Shown: piece by piece, positions 29,399-39,200 of the stretch
Numbering within the stretch: the stretch's first letter is position 1
How the letters are laid out: the number at the start of each line of letters is the position of its first letter
Origin: Nannocystales bacterium
GTDB lineage: Bacteria; Myxococcota_A; Polyangia; Nannocystales; Nannocystaceae
Reading direction: 5' to 3'
Length of the DNA stretch: 64,000 nucleotides
NCBI GenBank assembly: GCA_050633305.1
Contig: JBOEGF010000011.1
Location: forward strand, 63,312 to 127,311
The notes under the pieces: model-generated
Database searches by the model: none
What the model saw: the letters and a program-made list of their open reading frames with translations, nothing else
What the model was told of the DNA's origin: nothing
Made by a program: the position numbers and the translations under genes

Positions 29399-29737
29399 TC
29401 AGCCGGAGGTCGAGGAGGAGCCACCGGAGGAGGAGCCGGAGGAACCGGAGGAGCCGGAGGAACCGGACGAGCCGGACGAACCGGACGAGCCAGCATCGGT
29501 GGTCGAGGCGGAGTCGGTACCAGCGGTGGTCGTGGTGGTGGTGCTGGTCGTGGTGGTCGTGCTGGTCGTGGTCGATCCGGCGGTCGGGCAGCCAGCGGTG
29601 GAGGTGGCGGTGGTGGTCGCCGCCGAATCGGTGCCAGCGCCGGTGTCGTCGCCGTCATCGCTGTCGCAGGCGGGGACGAGTGCAAGTCCGGCGGACAGAG
29701 CGACGGCTTCGAGGATGTTGGTCAAGTTCTTGTTCAT
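29399..29737 (-). CDS. Putative MNIO-modified RiPP precursor: 112-aa lipoprotein, one internal Cys, Thr/Ser/Gly-rich
   Basis: GAAAGG RBS then MNKNLTNILEAVALSAGLALVPAC-DSDDGDD...TSTAGCPTAGSTTT...(GSS)7SGGSSSTSG; first gene of the MNIO unit. Confidence 0.75.
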   Translation of the reverse strand: MNKNLTNILEAVALSAGLALVPACDSDDGDDTGAGTDSAATTTATSTAGCPTAGSTTTSTTTTTSTTTTTTAGTDSASTTDAGSSGSSGSSGSSGSSGSSGSSSGGSSSTSG

Positions 29738-29822
29738 TTGAAATGGCCTTTCAAATCGAGGTGCCCGAGGGGGCCGGACAACCTCGCCCGCATATACACC
29801 ACAGCGGTCGACACGGACGCGG

Positions 29823-30791
29823 TCAATCCTGGTGAGGATTAGCACAATTGTCAAAAAAACGTTCGACCTGCTTCCGAGCGGCCGGTTCCATTCGTTCAAA
29901 GAGCCACATAGCCTGCGTACAGCGCTGTTTTGCACGTGTTGGGTCGGTTTCCCAGGCGCGGTCCCAGCGCCACCGGGCGCGGGGCGTCACGTCATCTTGG
30001 CAAGCGCGGTCCCAGCCGGGTGCCACTTTTGCATCGATGATCGTCTCCCCGCAGACGATGTCGACGAGGGGATCCACCAAGGTGCGGTCGTGGGCGCCGT
30101 ATTGCTCCATGGGCGATTCGTCCTCGAACAGCGTGTAAGGCGTGAAGAATCCGCTGCCGTCGGTCCCGCGGTTGACCAACCCGAACTCGCCTCGCCGCGT
30201 GTTCTCGCGCCGGCCGGGGTCATGGCAGGGAAGGCAGGCGTTCTTCTGGCGGAACGCCTGGGTCTGGGCGTCGCGTGCGGCGGGCTCCCACGAATCAAAG
30301 GGTTCCGAGGTGCCGATGCGCTTGGCGATGTAGTCGGTCGCGGCGGCCTGCGCCTCGGCGTTGTTCGAAGGCCACTGCGCGCCGAACAAGGACGCGGTGG
30401 GCCTCGGCGCCGAAGGCCGAAACACATGGAAACGCGGCCCGTTCGGGGTCAGGGTGGTGCCGCGGATGTCGGCGACGAAGCGCTGGTCTCCGGTTCCGCC
30501 AACCTCTACCCGGTCGGCACGCGTCCCGGCCGGAAACACGAGCACACTGCGGCCATCGATCGTGGTGGTGGTGATCGAGCCCTCGCCGAGCTTCAGCCAC
30601 ACCGTGACTTGGTCCAGCGAAGGGTCGCCGGTAGGGATGTGTACGGGCGGGACGAGAGCGGTGAACCCCTCGCGTTCGTGAAACGTGAGCGCGGACTCCA
30701 TCCGGATCGCCCGGGCGCCGTGCTCGAGCGTCGGCAGGCTGTCGGAGCGGCAGCCGGCGAGCAGCAAAGCACACAGGGCGAGGCGATTCAT
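29823..30791 (-). CDS. Lipoprotein with a single CxxCH heme-c motif
   Basis: MNRLALCALLLAGC lipobox; VFPAGT; NACLPCHD. Confidence 0.7.
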   Translation of the reverse strand: MNRLALCALLLAGCRSDSLPTLEHGARAIRMESALTFHEREGFTALVPPVHIPTGDPSLDQVTVWLKLGEGSITTTTIDGRSVLVFPAGTRADRVEVGGTGDQRFVADIRGTTLTPNGPRFHVFRPSAPRPTASLFGAQWPSNNAEAQAAATDYIAKRIGTSEPFDSWEPAARDAQTQAFRQKNACLPCHDPGRRENTRRGEFGLVNRGTDGSGFFTPYTLFEDESPMEQYGAHDRTLVDPLVDIVCGETIIDAKVAPGWDRACQDDVTPRARWRWDRAWETDPTRAKQRCTQAMWLFERMEPAARKQVERFFDNCANPHQD

Positions 30792-30864
30792 GCGGCCGGA
30801 CCTTAACAAACCTTGGCGTTTGCCCCCCGGCAAGCCTTGCGTGGCCTCGTTTCGCTCAGCCCGC

Positions 30865-31824
30865 TCAGACTCCGTCCGCATCCGCGCAGACGCCGACGTT
30901 GGCGTTGGTCCCAGGGGGCGGAGTTCCCTTCTCGTACCAAGGAAAACAAACCAGCGCGTCTGGGCAGTCCGGGGCCGTCATGTCACAAAAAGGTGTGCAG
31001 CAGGCCGCGGAGTCGCAGGCCGCGGAAAGGTCGCCAGCAACGCAGGCGGTTCCAGGCTCACATCCATTGACGAACTCACAGGACTCGAACAGGCCTCCGC
31101 CTGTGCCCGAACCATCCACCGTACACAAGAATCTGTTGTCGAAGGGATAGCAGCCCTCACCGTCCCCGCACTCGTCCATCAACGGATCGCACGTCGGAAG
31201 GCACAACGACAGGACCCCGCCGCCGTTCATGATGCAGACGCGCGTGGGATCCTCGCAGCTCGGGGCTCCGGGCGAGCCGACGCAGTGCGGGGTGCAGACT
31301 CCGAAACCGGTCTCATCATCGACGTCCCAGCACATTGAGCCGAGCTCACACGAGTCGACTCCTGAGGTCACGGTGGCCTCCACCGTACAGGGCTCCCCGG
31401 CTGCGTCGGGGTCGTCGACGATCGCTGTACACCGCGTCGCGTTCCAGCTGTTGCCTCCGTCGTTCGCCCACGGGGTGCATTTCTCGCCCGGTGGACAGTC
31501 CTGCTCGAAGAGGTCGCAGTCATCGATCGGGCCACCGCTCCCGTGGCAGCCGATGAACCCGCAGCCATTCGTGCTCGAGCCTTCCGTGTCACCGAACCCG
31601 CCGGTCGTGGGGTCGTACGGGTCGGTCGAGGTTTGCGGCGGGTCCGGGTTCGTCGGGGAGGTGGGGTTGGGTGGGACCGATGACGTGGCCGGTCCGGTGG
31701 AGCCGCCGGAGGGTGGGTCGCCTCCGGTTGAGCCGTCGCCATCCGCAGGCGTCGCGACCGCAGGACCGCAGGCGGACATGGCTCCTAGGGACAGGATAGT
31801 GAGGCGGCGGGACAAGGAAAACAT
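30865..31824 (-). CDS. Cys-rich lipoprotein, paralog 1
   Basis: Lipobox MSAC; CDLFEQDCPPGEKCTPWANDGGNSWNATRC...CCTPFCD. Confidence 0.85.
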   Translation of the reverse strand: MFSLSRRLTILSLGAMSACGPAVATPADGDGSTGGDPPSGGSTGPATSSVPPNPTSPTNPDPPQTSTDPYDPTTGGFGDTEGSSTNGCGFIGCHGSGGPIDDCDLFEQDCPPGEKCTPWANDGGNSWNATRCTAIVDDPDAAGEPCTVEATVTSGVDSCELGSMCWDVDDETGFGVCTPHCVGSPGAPSCEDPTRVCIMNGGGVLSLCLPTCDPLMDECGDGEGCYPFDNRFLCTVDGSGTGGGLFESCEFVNGCEPGTACVAGDLSAACDSAACCTPFCDMTAPDCPDALVCFPWYEKGTPPPGTNANVGVCADADGV

Positions 31825-31970
31825 GGGTTGTAGGAGGCCCGAAGGAGCTGCGCCGAGTCTGTCTCAGCATCATGAATAATATACCAAAGCTGACCTGCGC
31901 GTGGTGAATGTTAGTTTTGTCTTGGGTTGCGCGACTGAGCCGAGGCCGAAGACGGCCCTGTGGCCCGTCT

Positions 31971-32438
31971 TCACCCGTAGAGTTTCTTGGCGTACGTCGG
32001 TCCGTAGGAGCGCTCGAGTTCCTCAAGCGTCCGGTCCCGAGCTTCGATGGCTTGCGCGGTCTGTGCACGAGACGGCACGGCGTCCGTGTCCATGTGCTCG
32101 CCTCCCAGCTCGACCTCCAGGGCGAGCGCCGGCCGATGCCCTGCGACTTGCATCGTGTCCCGCTACGGAGCTTCGCGGACGATGCGGGCGCGTCCGTTGA
32201 CCCGCAGTGTGTCGTTCCGGCCCGGGATCAGAAACAGCAGGCCGACCCCGGGGTTGCTCAGCACGTTGAGCAGGCTGTCCGCCCATCGATTCCCAGGGCG
32301 CTCTGGGATCGCGAGGTTGTCGGACTGAGCACCTTCACGCACCGGCTGGATCGCCCTTGGGGGAGACATCGCGTCGGCCTGCGGAGTCGGATGTGGCAAC
32401 GAGCACGAACCGTCTTGAACGTACGTGCTGCGGTCCAT
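31971..32438 (-). pseudogene. Degraded pyridoxamine-5'-phosphate-oxidase-like FMN-binding protein (MSMEG_1061-type)
   Basis: Pieces in different frames: FVLVATSDSAGRRDVSPKGDPAG / VKVLSPTT / LAIPERPGNRWADSLLNVLSNPGVGLLFLIPGRNDTLRVNGRARIVREAP, in-frame TAG, then MQVAGHRPALALEV...YAKKLYG. Confidence 0.8.
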
Positions 32439-32469
32439 ACTTCGGGATTAACACGGGGAGCCATGGTGT

Positions 32470-33435
32470 TCATGGCGCCGGTTGGGTGCCGCACAGACCG
32501 AGGTCCTCGTGGCCCGGCGTTGCCTGGCCATCGGCGAAGTAGGGCAGGCAGGTCGTTGGCTCAGGGCACATCGGTGCTGAGAGGTCGCAGTAGGGCGTGC
32601 AGCAGAGAGAAGCCTCCGGCGCGCAGGCTCCGACCGTACTCCCCTCGGCACAAACCAAACCTGGGTTGCACGCGTTGAGGAACTCGCAGGTCTCGAACGC
32701 CGCGCCCGCGTTTCCAGACGCGTCGGGAAGACAGCCGAACGCGGTGCCGATTCTCCCGCAGCTCTGCCCGTCCCCACAGGAACCCACGTCAAGAGGGTCA
32801 CAGCCAAGCCGACACAGTGCCATGAGCCCATTGCTGCTCACGGTGCAGAGCCGGGCTGGGTCCTCACACGAAAGGTCGTCCGGGGTTCCGACGCAGTAGG
32901 GAATGCACACGCCTTCGTCGGCTTGGGTGTCGGCGACCCTGCAGATCGAGCCGAGGTCACAAGAGTCGATGCCCGAGACACCGCTGCCCTTGACCGTGCA
33001 GGGCTCACCAACCCCGTCCGGCTGAGGGTCGATCGGGAAGCACTTGGAGGCGTTCCACTGCGAGCTTCCGTCGTTTGCCCATGCGTTGCACTTCTCGCCG
33101 CGAGGGCAGTCTTGTTCGGTGATCGAGCACTCCTCGGGCTCGTGCGGGCCACCGTCGGGGTCACAGATGAAGCCGCCGCAGCCGCTCGGGTTGCCGTTGG
33201 TCTCGTCGGCACTCGTACCGAGGGCGCCGCCGGTACTGTTGCTGCTTGTCGGGTCCTCGCCGGACGAAGCGTCGGCGGAGGGGAGGATGCCGGTTGTCGT
33301 CGAGCTCGTGGGGCTCGACTCGCCGGAGGATGCATCATCGCCAAACTCGGTAATCGAGAAACACCCTGGCAGGCTCACGGCGAGGCCGAGGAGGAGCGAC
33401 GTTCTCTTGTCGACGGAGCCGCTTCTCGTACTCAT
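32470..33435 (-). CDS. Cys-rich lipoprotein, paralog 2
   Basis: Lipobox LPGC; CSITEQDCPRGEKCNAWANDGSSQWNASKC...CCTPYCD. Confidence 0.85.
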   Translation of the reverse strand: MSTRSGSVDKRTSLLLGLAVSLPGCFSITEFGDDASSGESSPTSSTTTGILPSADASSGEDPTSSNSTGGALGTSADETNGNPSGCGGFICDPDGGPHEPEECSITEQDCPRGEKCNAWANDGSSQWNASKCFPIDPQPDGVGEPCTVKGSGVSGIDSCDLGSICRVADTQADEGVCIPYCVGTPDDLSCEDPARLCTVSSNGLMALCRLGCDPLDVGSCGDGQSCGRIGTAFGCLPDASGNAGAAFETCEFLNACNPGLVCAEGSTVGACAPEASLCCTPYCDLSAPMCPEPTTCLPYFADGQATPGHEDLGLCGTQPAP

Positions 33436-33691
33436 GAGCCTTCCTCTTCCAGTCCGCAGGAGCCGAGCGTTTCCAGCCCTTTCGGTGCCGCGCCCGAGGA
33501 TGAGCAGGGCCCCAACTCGGGGTGGGTTTGGTTGTCCCTGCATGCTCCCAGGATAGCGATAGAATTGATGTTTTGGTAGTTATGGTTGCTTTCTTTGAGC
33601 GTCACGGGCGCCGTCGAACAGCTCAACGTGGACGGCCGCAGCATCCCTGGTGGGGCTCTGGGGGCTCGCAGAGCGGACGTGCGACCGGGTC

Positions 33692-34561
33692 TCACGTTTG
33701 CGAAGGGAGCCGAGCTTCGACCGCGGCATCCACCAACTCGCGTAACCGGTCAAGGAGCCGATCGTCGAGCTGTTCCTTCGTCAGCTCGTTTCCTGCCGTC
33801 TTCCGAAGTCGAAGCAGCGCGCTCGCTTGTCGCGACTCGAGCTCGATCAACAGCTCTTTGCTTTCGGTCTCCAACTCTTTCATCCGACGGTGGTGTGCCG
33901 CCTGAGCTTCCGTTGCTTCGAGTTGTGCCGCGGTTGTGCGTTTCGTGATCGCCAAGATGCCCTTCGCATCAAGGATGTTGTTCTTGTCGAGCTGCTCGAT
34001 GGGCGTCTGCTCGAACCTGTCGATCGCAAGTGTATCGAGGGTGTAGCCGCCGAGCTCTTCGCCGATCTGCTCGCGCACCGCGAGGGTGAGCTCATCGCGT
34101 CGCTCGTGGTGCTCGGCAAAGGTCTTGCGCGTCGCGATGGACTCGAGCGCCTGGGAGAACTTGGCTGCGAACAGTCCTTCGAGGGTTCTTTGTTGCGTGG
34201 CTCGCTCTGCTCCCACCGACTGTGCGACCCGCAGGACGTCCTCCAAGGTCTTGTTCACCCGCAAGCTGAACGTCGCACGAAGGTTGGCCCGGATCCCGTC
34301 TTTGCAGATCAGGCCTTGGGATCCAGTGCGCTCGATGACCAAGCTCGCGGCGCTGATATCCATGACTTCGGACTTGTGAATGACCGGGACCGCCAAGCCT
34401 CCCGTGAAGAACACCGAGACCTCCGCCATCTTGTTGACGATCAGCGCCTGGCCGCTGGGAACCTTGATGTACATCCGACCGTAGAGCGCACCGACTCCGA
34501 GTGCGAGCGCCAGGATCGTGGCCATGGTCACGAGGAGGGGGATCAATGTCTCAAGCACCAT
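33692..34561 (-). CDS. SPFH/flotillin-like membrane protein (short form)
   Basis: N-terminal TM; YIKVPSGQALIVN, PVIHKSEVMDIS, GLICKDGIRA, VLRVAQSVG, NILDAKGI. Confidence 0.75.
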   Translation of the reverse strand: MVLETLIPLLVTMATILALALGVGALYGRMYIKVPSGQALIVNKMAEVSVFFTGGLAVPVIHKSEVMDISAASLVIERTGSQGLICKDGIRANLRATFSLRVNKTLEDVLRVAQSVGAERATQQRTLEGLFAAKFSQALESIATRKTFAEHHERRDELTLAVREQIGEELGGYTLDTLAIDRFEQTPIEQLDKNNILDAKGILAITKRTTAAQLEATEAQAAHHRRMKELETESKELLIELESRQASALLRLRKTAGNELTKEQLDDRLLDRLRELVDAAVEARLPSQT

Positions 34562-34678
34562 GCGCTGCCCACTATCGCAGGCGGGCCCGGACCTCGGCCA
34601 CGTCGGCGTGTCCGTAGGGACATGGGGCTCGTTCGTTGGCACGGGTTCTGCCGACCTGGTCCGGGCGATGCGGCCGGG

Positions 34679-35290
34679 TCATGGAAGGCACAGGGCGAGG
34701 ACGCCGCCAGTCGCGACGTGACAGCGTCTGTCCGGGTCTTCGCACGTGAGTGTGTGATGCGGCCCGGCGCAATAGGACACGCAGGTTCCCTCGAGCGTGC
34801 GTCCGTCGACGAACCAGCAGATCGATCCGAGGTCGCAGGAATCGACACCCGAGATGCCACTGCCCTCGACACTGCATCGCGCGTCGACGTCGTCCGGATC
34901 CTCCACGACGGGAAAGCACTTCGCTGCGTTCCAGGCCGAGCCGCCGTCATCCGCCCACGCATTGCATTTCTCGCCCCGCGGACAGTCTTGCTCGAGCGTC
35001 GAGCACTCGATGCCAGGGCCCCCACCGTCGGGCGCGACGATGAACCCCGGCCCATCGGGGTCATCGGCAGTGCTGGAGTCGCCAGATACCGCCGCTTCAC
35101 GTGAGGTGCTGGCGTCAGTGGTCGAAAGGGGGGCGGTGGTATCGCCGGAGGTCCCTTGCAGTGCGGTCGTCGCGGTGACCTCTGGATTTGTCTCATCGCC
35201 GGAGGTTCCCACGACGGGTACCGGGGCCCCGGAACATGCGGCAAGGAGCAGGGGGGCGACGATTCGCCTCACCGCGGATCCTGTCCGCAA
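34679..35290 (-). pseudogene. Cys-rich lipoprotein, paralog 3, C-terminally truncated
   Basis: Lipobox LAAC; aligns with the other paralogs to ...GGVLALCLP then TGA; no homologous continuation found in other frames. Confidence 0.7.
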
Positions 35291-36228
35291 ACCCCGACAT
35301 CCTCATACCCCGGAGGGACCATGCCCTCGGGGAAGGCCGAGATGCACTGTGTCCCCTCAAGGCAGGTGGGGTCTTTGAGATCGCAAAACGGTGTGCAACA
35401 GGTCTCGGCCCCCTCGTCGCAGAGGCCGACGACAGCAGCGTCGGTGCAGGCCAGTCCTGGGTCGCAGGCGTTCGGGAAGGTGCAGGTCTCGAACGCCGCA
35501 CCGGCGTCCTGTGAATCGTCTGGTGCACACTCTAGCGTGTCGTCGAGCAGGTAGCAGCCCTCGCCATCGACGCAGTTTTGAAGCAGCGGATCGCAGGTGG
35601 AAAGGCATAGAAAGACCAGGTTGCCTGCGGCGCAGGTCAGTCCGTCCTCGCAGACCGGGGCATTCTCGGAACCGGTACAGAATGAGACGCACGTGCCTTC
35701 GAGGGTGCGGGAGTCGACATCCCAACAGATCGAACCGAGTGCACAGGAATCGAGTCCGGATACGGGGGAGCTCTCGACCGTGCACGGAGCTCCGGGGATG
35801 TCGGGAGCCCGGTCGACCGGGACGCAGCGGGTGGCGTTCCACATGCTGCCGCCGTCATTTGCCCAGATGTTGCACTTCTCGCCCGGAGGACATGCTTGCT
35901 CGAACACAGAGCATTCAATGTCCACGCCACCGTCGGGGTCGATGAGAAATGTGTTGCCGGTGGGCTCGTCCGTTGAACTCGACGCGGCCCCTGTCGATGT
36001 GGTCGAGGTCAACTCGACTCCAGAGGTTTGCGTGGTGCCCGGAAGCTGTCCTGTCCCCGGTTGTGCACTCGTCGTACTGCTGCTGCCAGGGTTCGCGTCG
36101 CTGGTGGCTTCGCTACTCTGAGAGTCAACGAGCGAGCTGCAGCCACCGAGGAAACAGCCGATGAAGAGCGCGAGCGGCCGTCGGTGATCGGAGACGCGGG
36201 TTCTCGAGCGGACGTCCAATAGCCTCAT
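35269..36228 (-). CDS. Cys-rich lipoprotein, paralog 4
   Basis: Lipobox LGGC; CSVFEQACPPGEKCNIWANDGGSMWNATRC...CCTPFCD; start may be a downstream GTG. Confidence 0.85.
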   Translation of the reverse strand: MRLLDVRSRTRVSDHRRPLALFIGCFLGGCSSLVDSQSSEATSDANPGSSSTTSAQPGTGQLPGTTQTSGVELTSTTSTGAASSSTDEPTGNTFLIDPDGGVDIECSVFEQACPPGEKCNIWANDGGSMWNATRCVPVDRAPDIPGAPCTVESSPVSGLDSCALGSICWDVDSRTLEGTCVSFCTGSENAPVCEDGLTCAAGNLVFLCLSTCDPLLQNCVDGEGCYLLDDTLECAPDDSQDAGAAFETCTFPNACDPGLACTDAAVVGLCDEGAETCCTPFCDLKDPTCLEGTQCISAFPEGMVPPGYEDVGVCGQDPR

Positions 36229-36279
36229 ATCAACACAGAATATTCGATATGATCGAAATAATCATTAGTTTTGTCTGTT

Positions 36280-39200
36280 TTAGTGGAAGCTGCGGACTGT
36301 TGTCCCCTGGCTCTCGAACTTCAGATCCGGGTCCCACAGCTGCTCGGCGACCAAGTGCACGACCCCGTCCTGCGACTGCACACGTCCGGTCACGCCGAGC
36401 AGCACCGCGGTCTTGGCCAGCACCGCGTGGGCCTCGAAGACCTGCTTCCACACCACGACGTTGACGGTGCCGGTTTCGTCCTCGAGCGTATAGAACGTGA
36501 CGCCGGCGGCAGACCCGGGGCGTTGACGGCAGATAACCATGCCGACGTACTGGGTTTTGCGGCCACCACGAAGCGCATTGACCCCATCGGCGGTGGGCAA
36601 GCGACGCCGCCGTAGCTGGGGACGAATGCATTCGATCGGGTGTCCACGCACGCTGTGCATGCTGGTGCGGTAGTCCCAAAGAATGGCCTCGCTTCGGCTG
36701 AGTTGGGCGAACAAGGGTCCGTTGTCGCTCTCCTCGTCTTGGTGAGGAACGGTCTCACCGGGCAAGCCCAAGGTGTCGCCCAGCTTGGCAACCAAGCCGC
36801 GCAGGGACCAGATCGCATCGCGTCGCTCGATGCCCAGGGAGCTGAATGCGCCGGACTCGGCCAACGTGTGCAGAGGTTTTTGGCCCAACCGTGTACGTCG
36901 GACAAAGTCTTCGGCTCCGACGAACGGACCTTGTTCGAGCGCAGCCTCGACTTTGGCCCGCTGCCGCTCGCCAAAACCCTGCACGTACCGAAAGCCCATG
37001 CGGACCGCGAGGTCACCTTCGCCCCCGTCTTGGACCTGTCGCTCGAGGGTGCAGTCCCATTGGCTGGCCATCACGTCGACCGGGAGCACGGTGACGCCAT
37101 GATGTTTGGCGTCTTCGACGATGCTGCCAGGGCTGTAGAAACCCATCGGTTGGGCGTTGAGCAGGCCACACGAGAACGCCGCATGATGATGGCACCGCAG
37201 CCAGCAGGTGACATAGGCGATGAGTGCAAACGAAGCAGCGTGGCTCTCGGGAAAGCCGTACTCCCCGAACCCGCGGATCTGCGAGTAGACCCGCTCGGCG
37301 AACTCTTGTGGGATGCCATTGGCGATCATGCGACTGATGAGTCGTTCGCGGTGCTGCTCGATGCGACCGCTACTCCGCCATGCCGCCATGTCGCGCCGCA
37401 ATTGGTCCGCTTCACCGGGGGTGTAGTCGGCGACGAGTACGGCCAGCTTCATGACTTGCTCTTGAAAGATCGGGATGCCCAACGTTTTGCCCAGCGCCTC
37501 CTTGAGGGCAGGGTGGGGGAACTCGACCTTCTCTTTGCCGGTACGCCGCCGTAGGTAGGGGTGCACCATGTCGCCTTGAATCGGCCCGGGCCGAACGATG
37601 GCGACCTCGATGACCAGATCGTAGAAGGTGCGTGGTTGCAGCCGCGGAAGCATGGCCATCTGGGCGCGGCTTTCGATCTGAAACGTGCCCAGCGTGTCGC
37701 CGCGAGAGATCATGGCGTAGGTGACCGGGTCCTCGGCAGGCACGGTGGCCATGTCGAGGTCGAGCCCCTCGTGCTCGCGCAGTAGATCGAAGCAGCCGCG
37801 GATCATCGACAGCGCACCCAGGCCCAACAGGTCGACCTTGAACAGGCCCAGGTCTTCGACGTCGTACTTGTCCCACTGGATGACGGTGCGGTCTTCCATG
37901 GTCGCGGGCTCGATCGGCACCAGTGTGTCGACTGGCGCATGTCCGAGTAGGAAACCTCCAGGGTGGATCGACAGGTGCCGCGGAAAATCGGCGAGCTCGC
38001 GACAGCGCTGCAGGAGGTGCACGTGTTGTGGCGCGGCGGGATCGAGGCCGGCGTGTTCGAGCAGGTCGGCACCGAAGCCGGTGTCGTAGTGCGTGAGCAT
38101 CTTGGCGACCCTATCGAGCGCGGTCTGTGGAATCCCCAGTGCTTTGCCGACGTCCCTCACGGCCGAGCGAGCCCGGTAGCGAATGAAGTTGGCGACCATC
38201 GCAGCGTGGCGCCGTCCGTAGCGCTCGTAGACCCACTGAATGACCTCTTCGCGACGCTGGTGCTCAATGTCGAGGTCGATGTCGGGGGGCTCGGCGCGCT
38301 CGAGGCTGAGGAAGCGCTCGAACAGCAGCCCCATACGCACCGGGTCGATGGCAGTAATGCCCAGGCAGTAGCAGACCGCGCTGTTGGCCGCGCTGCCGCG
38401 TCCTTGGCAGAGGATCCTCTGCTGACGGCAGAACTGGACAATCTCCCACATCGTCAGGAAGTAGCCGCCGTAGTCGAGCTGATCGATGAGCCCCAGCTCC
38501 TTGTCGAGTTGGGCCCTCACGTCCTGAGGGATTGCACCGTGGTAGCGGACCTTCGCGCCCTCGTAGGTCTTCTCGCGCAGCCACTGTGCGGCGCTCATGC
38601 CTGCGGGCATCCACTCCGCCGGGTAGACGTAGCGGATCTGGCTCAGCGAGAAGTCGCAGCGTTGCGCGACTTCAAGGGTGCGATGCAGCGCGGGCAGATC
38701 GTCGGAGAACAAGTCCTCCATCTGCGCGAGGGTCTTGAGGTCGTGCTCGGCGTTGCCGCGGATCAGATCGCCGGCGGTGGCGAGCGTGCGTCCGTGACGA
38801 ATGCACGAGAGCACGTCCTGCAGCGGCCGCCTCGAGACGCTGTGATACAGGACCTCGACAGATGCCACCCGTGGCACAGCCAAACGGGATGCAGCTCGCC
38901 GCAGGGTGTCCTCGTCCCCCAGCTCGCTGCTGTGGCGATGCCGAGCGCACAAGGCGTAGAGCCTGTCGCCGAAGGCCTCGTACAGGGGTTCGAGAAGATC
39001 CCCGTGGGGACAGAGCACCAGAAGGTCCTCGGGGGCGCACAGAAGCTCATCGAGGTGCGTGATCGAGGTGCCTTTCTCGCAGCGAGCTCGACCGGCCGAC
39101 ACCAAGGTGCAGGCGTTGGCATATCCGCGTTGGCTCGTCGGGAGGACCACGACCGACTGCGCGATCTCGGGCGCATCGCCCACGCTCAGCTGGGTGCCGA

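Noticed and set aside
29298..29741. Plus-strand EEP-repeat/poly-Val ORF
   Set aside because: Antisense of the precursor's GSS and Thr tracts; the minus-strand ORF has the RBS, lipobox and operon context
30865..36228. An enzymatic function for the Cys-rich paralogs
   Set aside because: No catalytic motif visible; the architecture is signal peptide, stalk and disulfide-rich domain
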